From contig CAYZRF010000028.1 of the NCBI GenBank assembly GCA_964480775.1, forward strand, positions 1-20,540: DNA of 20,540 nucleotides, read 5' to 3'. This DNA comes from an uncultured Nitrososphaerota archaeon (GTDB taxonomy: Archaea > Korarchaeota > Korarchaeia > Korarchaeales > Korarchaeaceae). Shown one piece after another: positions 6,613-13,450 of the stretch. The notes under the pieces were generated by a model, which had not been told where the DNA came from, searched no databases, and was given only the letters and a program-made list of their open reading frames with translations. Within the stretch, counting starts at the first letter, position 1, and each line of letters starts with the position of its first letter. A program made the position numbers and the translations under genes.

Positions 6613-8334
6613 ATGCCTTCATACGATGTGGCATTAATTCACGCTCCAAGCGTGTACGATTTCAGGGAAAGAACGGTTTTTCCAGGACCAGTTAGTGAAG
6701 TAGTTCCCTCCCTCTATGTTTTTGACATGTATCCAATAGGTTTCTTCACACTTGCTTCTTTCCTTGAAGAAAAGGGATTTCGAGTGGCTATCTTCAATCT
6801 AGCCTCGAAAATGTTATCAGACAAAGACTTTAATGTTCCCAATTTTCTTGAGCGGTTAGACGCAGAGATTTATGGTATTGATCTGCACTGGTTAGTTCAC
6901 GCCCATGGAGCAATAGAAATCGCTAGAATGATAAAACAGTTTCATCCTAACTCTCGCATAGTGCTTGGGGGAATATCTTCTTCTTATTTTTGGGATGAGA
7001 TAATGAGGGGCTATGACTTCGTAGACTACATTCTAAGAGGTGATTCTACAGAAGATCCCTTCGCTAACTTGGCAGAAAAGGTGATTAAAGGTGATAAAGA
7101 CTTCTCCACAGTTCCAAATCTAGTATGGAGAGAAAAGAGTAGAATACGTGTTAATCCACTTTCCTATGTTCCTCAGTCTCTTGACTACACAAGTCCAAGC
7201 TATGATTTCATGATCAGGCAGATCTTAAGAACCAAAGACTTGGCTCTATCCGCCCCCTTTGCTTCCTTTCTGAAGAATCCAATAACAGCAGTACTAACGG
7301 CAAAAGGATGCGTTTTCAATTGTGTGGGCTGCGGAGGATCCAAGAGTTTTTACTCCAACTTCCTGAACAGATCTTGTCTTGCATTGAAAAGCCCAGAAAG
7401 AATCGCACAAGAGGTAGACTCAATAGCTGAGAAGCTAAAGGCTCCTATATTCATCTTGGCTGACATTAGGCTTGGTGGCAGAGAGAGAGCAGAGAGGATA
7501 ATTCAGGAGCTTAAGGCTATTGACGTCGGAAACGATCTAATGCTTGAATTCTTCTTCCCAGTCAATCGATCGCTCTTACAGCAACTTTCAAGGCTTGGAG
7601 ATAACGTTTACATTCAGATATCTCCTGAGACTCAAATTGAGAGGGTGCGATACAATTATGGAAGGCTATACAAGAACAAATCGTTGGAAAAAATGGTGAA
7701 TAACTCTATTAGACTTGGCATAAAGAGAGTAGATCTTTACTTTATGACAGGTTTACCTCTACAAACAGCAGAAGATGCGGCTGGCGTAGCGAAGTACTTT
7801 GAATACTTGCTAAATGAAAACGATGCTGTAGGAAAGCTAGAGGCATTTACAGCACCTTTAGCTCCCTTCATTGATCCTGGAAGCGTTGCTTTTGAAAATC
7901 CCGAGAAATTTGGTTACAACATCATCTATCGAACGTTTTTAGAACACAGAAGTGCGTTATTGGAGCCTCACTGGAAATATATCTTAAATTACTGTACAAA
8001 TTGGATGGATAGAGGAGAAATCGTTGAGGCTAGCCTGAATGCTGCTGAAAAGTTGGCAGAAATAAAGCAAAAATACGGGATTATTGATGGAGAAACACTT
8101 GCTGCAGTAAAGGAAAGAACTTCATTTAGCAGAGAGTGCCTGACTTTGATCGAAAATGCTGTAAACAGAGGAGAGGATAAATGCTATGTGCTTGATTCTC
8201 TTAAGGCTAAGATTGCTGAGCTAATGGAAGAAAGGGAATATCTCCTTAAAAGGGAGTTATATCCAAGAATAGGTTTGATAAGTTCTCTGAGACCCCTAGG
8301 AATAATTAAAGGCTTGATAAGAACCTTATTTTGA
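6613..8334 (+). CDS. Cobalamin-binding-domain (class B-like) radical SAM enzyme, probable isoprenoid/lipid-modifying
   Basis: 573 aa. The N-terminal ~170 aa follow the B12-binding-domain pattern of class B radical SAMs (VALIHAPS..., YPIGFFTLASFLEEKGFRVAIFNL, IYGIDLH, RIVLGGISSS, VDYILRGDSTED). The radical SAM motif CVFNCVGC (CX3CX2C) sits at Cys233/237/240 (nt 7309-7332). The lipid-related call comes from genomic context only. Confidence 0.8.
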   Translation: MPSYDVALIHAPSVYDFRERTVFPGPVSEVVPSLYVFDMYPIGFFTLASFLEEKGFRVAIFNLASKMLSDKDFNVPNFLERLDAEIYGIDLHWLVHAHGAIEIARMIKQFHPNSRIVLGGISSSYFWDEIMRGYDFVDYILRGDSTEDPFANLAEKVIKGDKDFSTVPNLVWREKSRIRVNPLSYVPQSLDYTSPSYDFMIRQILRTKDLALSAPFASFLKNPITAVLTAKGCVFNCVGCGGSKSFYSNFLNRSCLALKSPERIAQEVDSIAEKLKAPIFILADIRLGGRERAERIIQELKAIDVGNDLMLEFFFPVNRSLLQQLSRLGDNVYIQISPETQIERVRYNYGRLYKNKSLEKMVNNSIRLGIKRVDLYFMTGLPLQTAEDAAGVAKYFEYLLNENDAVGKLEAFTAPLAPFIDPGSVAFENPEKFGYNIIYRTFLEHRSALLEPHWKYILNYCTNWMDRGEIVEASLNAAEKLAEIKQKYGIIDGETLAAVKERTSFSRECLTLIENAVNRGEDKCYVLDSLKAKIAELMEEREYLLKRELYPRIGLISSLRPLGIIKGLIRTLF

Positions 8335-8528
8335 AAAGTTATTGGCGTTTTGAGAAGATTAATACTATACTTTTATTGTATGGCTCATTATGAATTAAGC
8401 TAAACCTAATTAGGACTATCTAATCAATTGTCTTAGTAAGTATTTAGTTCTCAGAATAGATTGACTTCTTAGGATAAAGCTAGTCTTGAATAAGAGCTTA
8501 TTGTTTTACATAACGCTTTTTGTAGGAT

Positions 8529-8548
8529 GTTAAAATTTTTAATAAATC
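8529..8548 (+). promoter_or_regulatory. A/T-rich TATA/BRE-like stretch upstream of nuoA
   Basis: gttaaaatttttaataaatc lies 28-47 nt upstream of the nuoA ATG. It is the only strongly A/T-rich block placed to give a short Shine-Dalgarno-containing leader. No transcription start data are available. Confidence 0.3.
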
Positions 8549-8562
8549 TGATCAACTCGTTA

Positions 8563-8573
8563 GGGGAGGAGGT
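8563..8573 (+). promoter_or_regulatory. Shine-Dalgarno site of nuoA
   Basis: GGGGAGGAGGT ends 2 nt before the ATG at 8576 and is complementary to the canonical archaeal 16S 3' end (..CACCUCC). Confidence 0.6.
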
Positions 8574-8575
8574 TC

Positions 8576-8959
8576 ATGCCTTACGATCAAGGAATGCAAA
8601 TTCTGCTTACGTTCTCGACCGCCCTGATTATCGGAGTTGGTATAGGCATACTGGGATTCATTCTTGGAAGGTTACTGGCACCATCACGCAGTCTAGAGAG
8701 AAAACGATTGAGATATGAATGCGGTAATCCTCCTAGAGGAAGAGCAAGAGGCCTTTTTATGATGCAATATTATCCTTACCTAATCGTTTTCTTGACCGTC
8801 GAACCAGTCATGATTTACTCATTTCTCCTTCTGATGAAGGCTCATAATAGCCCATACAGAGTTCTGTTATTATTCCTGATGATTCTTGGTATTATAACTC
8901 CGCCTCTTGTTTTTGGTCTTAATTCTGCACGGAGGTTGAAGTTATGGTCTGCGGAATGA
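8576..8959 (+). CDS. nuoA: NADH-quinone oxidoreductase subunit A (ND3-like)
   Basis: 127 aa with three predicted transmembrane segments and the conserved RYECG motif in the loop after TM1. It is the first gene of the nuo array. Confidence 0.85.
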   Translation: MPYDQGMQILLTFSTALIIGVGIGILGFILGRLLAPSRSLERKRLRYECGNPPRGRARGLFMMQYYPYLIVFLTVEPVMIYSFLLLMKAHNSPYRVLLLFLMILGIITPPLVFGLNSARRLKLWSAE

Positions 8960-9468
8960 ATGGAGTCACCTTAATCGGAAATCTGGAGGAATCTGCAAGA
9001 AAGGCAGTCCAGTGGTTGGTAAATAAAACACCTATCAGAAGTATTAGGGATTGGGGAATTGCTTTCTCACTATGGCCTGTACACTTCACTACCGCTTGTT
9101 GTGGAGCTGAGTTTGCTGCTACCTCTGCTCCGAGGTTTGACGTTGAGAGAATGGGTTTCCTTCCTTTTGTGGCTCCGAGACAAACTAATCTAATGCTCAT
9201 AGAAGGAACCCTGAGTCGCAAAATGGCTAAGGCAGCTGTATGGGTATATGAGCAGATGCCAGATCCAAAATTCGTCATGGCCATGGGTGCATGTGCCATA
9301 GACGGTGGGATCTTCTGGAACAGCTACAACATAGTAAGGCCGAAGGATATACTTCCCGTGGAAATATACATCCCAGGATGCCCACCAAGGCCTGAAGCTG
9401 TTGCTAGAGCAATTCTCATGTTACAAAAGAGGATAAGGGAGGGGAAGGCTGTTGGGCTCAAGGTCTGA
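8944..9468 (+). CDS. nuoB: NADH-quinone oxidoreductase subunit B (N2 cluster subunit)
   Basis: All four N2-ligating positions are present: tandem CC in TTACCGAEF, GACA, and IPGCPPRPE. GGAGGT at 8931-8936 sits 7 nt upstream of the ATG at 8944. An alternative in-frame ATG at 8956 forms an ATGA overlap with the nuoA stop. Confidence 0.95.
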   Translation: MVCGMNGVTLIGNLEESARKAVQWLVNKTPIRSIRDWGIAFSLWPVHFTTACCGAEFAATSAPRFDVERMGFLPFVAPRQTNLMLIEGTLSRKMAKAAVWVYEQMPDPKFVMAMGACAIDGGIFWNSYNIVRPKDILPVEIYIPGCPPRPEAVARAILMLQKRIREGKAVGLKV

Positions 9469-9943
9469 GGTTAAAATAGAGGATATCACGAAAAAGGTCT
9501 CCCAATCGCTGCAAGGACTCTCAATTGAAGTCAGCACTAAGGAGGAAATAGTCACTGTAAACGTCAAACCTGAAAATCTAGTTGAAGTCGCTAAAAAGCT
9601 AAAAGACATGGGATTTGATCATGTTAAGTCTGTAACAGCAACAGATTTTCCTGAGCAAAAGGAGTTAGAAGTTACTTACCACATCTCTTCCCTTGGGAAC
9701 TTAGATCTTGCAAAGGTCATAGTAATCCTGAAGACAAGAGTAGCAAGCGATGATCCTCGCATACCTTCCCTTGTCGAGATATGGCCCAGCTCCAAATACC
9801 CTGAGAGAGAAGAGCACGAAATGCTCGGCATAGTTTTTGAGGGACATCCAGAGCTTGAGAGGTTGTTGTTGCCAGAGGATTATGAAGGTCCTCCTCCCCT
9901 TAGGAAGGAATTCAAGGTAAAAACGGAGGGGATTCAAGGTTGA
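9452..9943 (+). CDS. nuoC: NADH-quinone oxidoreductase subunit C (30 kDa subunit)
   Basis: 163 aa. The C-terminal signature is ERE..EMLGIVFEGHPELERLLLPEDYEGPPPLRKEF. The start is TTG at 9452, preceded by AAGGGAGGGG. It overlaps nuoB by 17 nt. Confidence 0.9.
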   Translation: MGSRSEVKIEDITKKVSQSLQGLSIEVSTKEEIVTVNVKPENLVEVAKKLKDMGFDHVKSVTATDFPEQKELEVTYHISSLGNLDLAKVIVILKTRVASDDPRIPSLVEIWPSSKYPEREEHEMLGIVFEGHPELERLLLPEDYEGPPPLRKEFKVKTEGIQG

Positions 9944-11106
9944 GCGAAGAAAGGACAATGGAGCTGCTGATTGGTCCTCAGCATCCATCTTCAGGCCATA
10001 TGAGATTGTATGCTGAAGTCGACGGCGATATAGTAGTCAGACTTAAGCCAAACATAGGATATGTCCACCGGACCGTGGAGAAACTTGCAGAAACAAAGAA
10101 ATACATCCAGATAATACCTCTAGTTGAGAGACCATCTCTTGCGGACGCCGCAAACCACAATCTTGGATATGTGCTCGCATTAGAAAGGCTTCTAGGGATA
10201 GAAGCTCCCCCAAGAGCCCAGTATCTTAGGACTATTCTTGCAGAGATGAACAGGATTCACAGCCACTTCTATGGATTGGGGATACATGGGATCATGCTGG
10301 GGTCCTCTACAATATTCATGTGGGGTTTCGCAGATAGGGAAATAATGATTGAGATGGCTCAACGGCTGACGGGTGCCAGATTAACATATTCCTACATTAT
10401 CCCTGGCGGCGTAAGACGAGATTTGCCCCAAGGCTTCGAGGAAGAGATGGAAAAAGCTCTGCGGTATATAGAGAGGAGACTGAAGGATTATGGCAAGCTA
10501 TTCCTCCGTAATCCGGTTACGCGTGCAAGATTGGAAGGAGTAGGGGTGCTCAAAAAGGAGGATGCTATAAAACTAGGAATTGTGGGACCTAATCTAAGGG
10601 CTTCAGGGGTCCCCTACGACGTGAGAAAGGTCCAACCTTACTGCGCATATCCTGATCTAGAGTTTGATGTTGCTGTAAGGGAAGAAGGAGATTCGATGGC
10701 CAGAGTATTGGTTAGAGTCGAAGAGATAAGGCAAAGTATGAGGATCATAAGACAGGCTCTTAAGCAAATTCCTGATGGCCCGATTCTCAGTGAGAATTAT
10801 CTGAAGATGATACCACCGAAGTGGAAGGAGTTTGTGGAGAAAAAAGGTAGAATAAAGTTCCCAGCCATCATGGCTAATTTGAGACCTCCTAAAGGAGAGG
10901 CCTTCTCTAGGGTAGAGGCCGCCAGAGGAGAGTTAGTGTACTACATCGTAAGCGATGGAGGCGTAACTCCATATCGACTTAGAATGGTTACTCCTTCCTT
11001 CAGAAACGTTGTGCTGTTCGAGCACCTTATACAAGGGTGCAGAGTTGCTGATATCCCAGCAATTTACGGTAGTATAGATTACTTCCCTCCGGAGGCTGAT
11101 CGATGA
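9940..11106 (+). CDS. nuoD: NADH-quinone oxidoreductase subunit D (49 kDa subunit), not a hydrogenase large subunit
   Basis: 388 aa with GPQHPSSGHMRL, RVEEIRQS, EAARGELVYYIVSDG and PSFRN. The C-terminus ends IDYFPPEADR. The N-terminal RxCGxC and C-terminal DPCxxC [NiFe] ligand motifs are absent. The TTG at 9940 (GGAGGGG 8 nt upstream) overlaps the nuoC stop. Confidence 0.95.
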   Translation: MSEERTMELLIGPQHPSSGHMRLYAEVDGDIVVRLKPNIGYVHRTVEKLAETKKYIQIIPLVERPSLADAANHNLGYVLALERLLGIEAPPRAQYLRTILAEMNRIHSHFYGLGIHGIMLGSSTIFMWGFADREIMIEMAQRLTGARLTYSYIIPGGVRRDLPQGFEEEMEKALRYIERRLKDYGKLFLRNPVTRARLEGVGVLKKEDAIKLGIVGPNLRASGVPYDVRKVQPYCAYPDLEFDVAVREEGDSMARVLVRVEEIRQSMRIIRQALKQIPDGPILSENYLKMIPPKWKEFVEKKGRIKFPAIMANLRPPKGEAFSRVEAARGELVYYIVSDGGVTPYRLRMVTPSFRNVVLFEHLIQGCRVADIPAIYGSIDYFPPEADR

Positions 11107-12149
11107 TGAACCTGATGGATCTTTTGAGGTGGATTTTAGATCTCTTGTTTTCTCCCTGGCTGTTCGTACCTCTGATATTCCCTGGACTCATAACAGTCTT
11201 TGCTATCCTACTTTTCATAATCTGGTTCGAAAGGAAACTTGCAGCAAAGGTTCAACTCAGATATGGGCCCCTCTATGTATTGAAACAGCTAGGAGGAGCC
11301 ATACAGCTGGTCGCTGACCTTCTTAGGTATCTCTTTGCTGAACCAATAGTCCCAGAACAGACTGACAAGTTAGCGTTTGTGTTAGGACCCATCTTCCTCT
11401 TCGCTGCTTCTTTCATCCCCTGCGTTATTATCCCGGTGAGTTCCTCTTTCTATTCTATTAGAAGCGATATTGGGCTTCTCATATCCCTTGGATTGTTGAC
11501 ATTTGGACCTGCCATAATCCTAATCATAGGATGGGCAAGTAATAACAAGTTTTCACTCATAGGAGGATTAAGAGAGGGATATTTAACAATGGCATACGAG
11601 ATACCGCTATTCATATCTGCGCTCTCAATGGCTGCTCTCTACGGAACTATGGATCTCATTGAAATGGTAGAGGCACAATCCGGAGGGACTTGGGGTATAA
11701 TACTGAATCCACTCGCCGCCTTTACGTTCCTAATACTTGCATTCATGTCCACTTCCAGATTCCCATTCGAAATAGTTGAGGCTGAGAGCGAGATTGTGAT
11801 GGGTCCTTTCACTGAGTATAGCGGAATTCTCTACGGTCTCACTATGGGGGCCTCTTATGTCAAGTTCTACGTGCTTTGCCTCCTGTTCTCAATAATGTTC
11901 CTTGGAGGATGGCAGCCTGTGCCTAGCTTCCTCAGCTGGAGCCCACTATTCTCAAGAATTGTTTTGCCAGGAGTTATTCTCCTACTAAAATCCCTCGTTA
12001 TAATGATCTTTGGAGTCTTCCTTAGATCAGTGTATCCTCGCTACAGGATAGACCAGGCTCTAAAGATTGGATGGCACATGATCCTGCCACTGTCCATTGG
12101 ATCGGTGTTTCTCTCCTTGGGTCTTATCCTGCTGGGGGTGGTACCATGA
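11103..12149 (+). CDS. nuoH: NADH-quinone oxidoreductase subunit H (ND1)
   Basis: 348 aa polytopic membrane protein with ERKLAAKVQLRYGP, EAESEIVMGPFTEYSG and RYRIDQ. It has an ATGA overlap with nuoD. Confidence 0.95.
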   Translation: MMNLMDLLRWILDLLFSPWLFVPLIFPGLITVFAILLFIIWFERKLAAKVQLRYGPLYVLKQLGGAIQLVADLLRYLFAEPIVPEQTDKLAFVLGPIFLFAASFIPCVIIPVSSSFYSIRSDIGLLISLGLLTFGPAIILIIGWASNNKFSLIGGLREGYLTMAYEIPLFISALSMAALYGTMDLIEMVEAQSGGTWGIILNPLAAFTFLILAFMSTSRFPFEIVEAESEIVMGPFTEYSGILYGLTMGASYVKFYVLCLLFSIMFLGGWQPVPSFLSWSPLFSRIVLPGVILLLKSLVIMIFGVFLRSVYPRYRIDQALKIGWHMILPLSIGSVFLSLGLILLGVVP

Positions 12150-12667
12150 GTAAAGGAAAATCTACTCCAATAGGTAGGCTGATTAATCACCTTGAGGCTA
12201 TAGAGACAGGAATCAAGTATCTGTTCATTCCTAGAATGACCGTGATGTATCCAGAGGAAGTAATGGAACTTCCTGAAGGATATAGAGGGATGATTAAGTA
12301 TCATAAGGAACTATGCATCAGCTGCGGGCTCTGTGCTCAAATATGTCCCGCAAATGCCATGAAAATGTACTTGGATGACTCTGACTCGAAGAAAGAAGGT
12401 GGGCAGGGGCAGGCGAAGGCAAAAAGACGCCCTGGCATCAACTACACAAGGTGCATCTTTTGTGGTTTCTGCGTTGATATATGTCCAACAGGAGCTCTGG
12501 AGCATGTTGATGTGCATGATGTCGCCTTTGATTCTTTTGAAGCTCAGTTATTCAAGCCTAAGGATTTCGAGAAGGGTCCACCCAAGGTAGAGTTTGAGAA
12601 GCCGCCTAAGAAGCTTAAACCCAAGATGGATTCCGAAAGGGGGATAATATATGAACCTGCAGATTGA
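12146..12667 (+). CDS. nuoI: NADH-quinone oxidoreductase subunit I (2x[4Fe-4S] ferredoxin-type)
   Basis: Two CxxCxxCxxxCP motifs are present (CISCGLCAQICP, CIFCGFCVDICP). I place the start at ATG 12146, which forms an ATGA overlap with the nuoH stop. The ORF-track start at 12071 would lie 79 nt inside nuoH. Confidence 0.9.
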   Translation: MSKGKSTPIGRLINHLEAIETGIKYLFIPRMTVMYPEEVMELPEGYRGMIKYHKELCISCGLCAQICPANAMKMYLDDSDSKKEGGQGQAKAKRRPGINYTRCIFCGFCVDICPTGALEHVDVHDVAFDSFEAQLFKPKDFEKGPPKVEFEKPPKKLKPKMDSERGIIYEPAD

Positions 12668-13145
12668 TCCGTATGCGATAGTTTTCTTTATAGCGTCTAT
12701 AGGAGCGCTTATCTCTGCGCTCCTAGTGGTAGAGCATAAATCGATTGTTTATGCTTCATTCTTCTTAGCCCTACTGGGAACCTCAAACGCTGCCCTCTTT
12801 GTCTTGCTTGGCTATCCGATAATTTCGATTTTCCACTTAGCGGTTTATGTGGGGGCTGCGGTGACATTCATTTTGTTCTCAGTAGTATTGCTTAAAGAAG
12901 CTCCACTTGTTGAGCCAGTCGCCAGAGGTATTGCAATAATCGCTGCTCTTGAAGTTTTACTGCTGTTTTCAGTGGGATTCCGACCTTTACTAGGGTCTGA
13001 ACCTGTTGGAGGTGTCGTTAGTCTTGGAGATATCTCAAGCCTCTTAATAGACAAGTACAGCTTTGCACTCATAGTTGCTGCGATTGCACTAGCCACCACT
13101 ATGATAGAGGCAATCACTCTTGCTAGAAGGGAGGTGTCTGAGTGA
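12651..13145 (+). CDS. nuoJ: NADH-quinone oxidoreductase subunit J (ND6)
   Basis: 164 aa hydrophobic protein between nuoI and nuoK, with an ND6-like VYVGAAVTFILFSVVLL segment. It overlaps nuoI by 17 nt. Confidence 0.8.
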   Translation: MNLQIDPYAIVFFIASIGALISALLVVEHKSIVYASFFLALLGTSNAALFVLLGYPIISIFHLAVYVGAAVTFILFSVVLLKEAPLVEPVARGIAIIAALEVLLLFSVGFRPLLGSEPVGGVVSLGDISSLLIDKYSFALIVAAIALATTMIEAITLARREVSE

Positions 13146-13450
13146 TGACAATCTATTGGTTTCTAATAACATCCATAATCATGTTTTGTATCGGCCTCTA
13201 TGGTCTGCTTACAAGAAGAAGCCTAATCAGAATGCTCCTAGCTACCGAAGTAATCTTCAATGCCGCTCTACTGGCTCTCTTAAGCACAGCCTCTCTATCA
13301 CAAACCTTTAGACCAGCTGGTGGGGCGCTGACGCTCTTGGCGATATCGCTTGCAGCTGCAGAGGTTGGAGTTATAGTTTCCGTGGCCATACTGATGTTTA
13401 GGCTCAGAGAGAGCTTGGATGTTTACGAGTTGAGGGAGTTAAGAGGGTGA
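13142..13450 (+). CDS. nuoK: NADH-quinone oxidoreductase subunit K (ND4L)
   Basis: 102 aa with three transmembrane segments, and conserved glutamates in TEVIFNAA and LAAAEVGV. The start is GTG 13142 or in-frame ATG 13145, after AAGGGAGGTG at 13127-13136. Confidence 0.9.
   Translation: MMTIYWFLITSIIMFCIGLYGLLTRRSLIRMLLATEVIFNAALLALLSTASLSQTFRPAGGALTLLAISLAAAEVGVIVSVAILMFRLRESLDVYELRELRG

Noticed and set aside
8405-8414. 10-bp perfect palindrome CCTAATTAGG, plus weak 5-bp inverted repeats, in the spacer between the radical SAM gene and nuoA.
   Set aside because: It is A/T-rich and short, lies more than 160 nt from the nuoA start, and such palindromes are expected by chance in A/T-rich intergenic DNA.
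8527-8718. 63-aa ORF starting upstream of nuoA and overlapping it out of frame.
   Set aside because: Its start sits inside the A/T-rich putative promoter and has no Shine-Dalgarno site. The strong GGGGAGGAGGT element serves the ATG at 8576, whose product carries the NuoA YECG motif.
8919-9299. 126-aa ORF antisense to nuoB. The same applies to the other antisense or alternative-frame ORFs inside well-supported genes: 273-632, 1416-1622, 2395-2646, 4672-4884, 5017-5268, 9421-9609, 9701-9988, 9978-10160, 11027-11218, 11129-11317, 12041-12304, 12311-12517, 12375-12590, 12845-13117, 13120-13311, 13198-13389, 13404-13772, 14568-14981, 17072-17254, 18179-18385 and 20066-20260.
   Set aside because: Each lies entirely within a gene whose product carries unmistakable family motifs. 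Their translations are low-complexity or Ser/Arg/Leu-rich with no recognisable motif, and none has its own ribosome-binding site or promoter context.
9940-11106. Possibility that the 'NuoD' is a [NiFe]-hydrogenase large subunit (Mbh/Ech type) served by the neighbouring hypD/hypF.
   Set aside because: No Cys pair is present at either terminus. The N-terminus reads GPQHPSSGH and the C-terminus reads IDYFPPEADR, which is the complex I-type signature rather than RxCGxC ... DPCxxC.
12071-12145. Longer nuoI model starting at 12071 (the ORF-track start).
   Set aside because: It would overlap nuoH by 79 nt and add a 25-aa N-terminus (MAHDPATVHWIGVSLLGSYPAGGGT). That sequence is simply the nuoH 3' end read in another frame. 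ATG 12146 gives the ATGA coupling seen elsewhere in the window (nuoD/nuoH and the two reductase genes).
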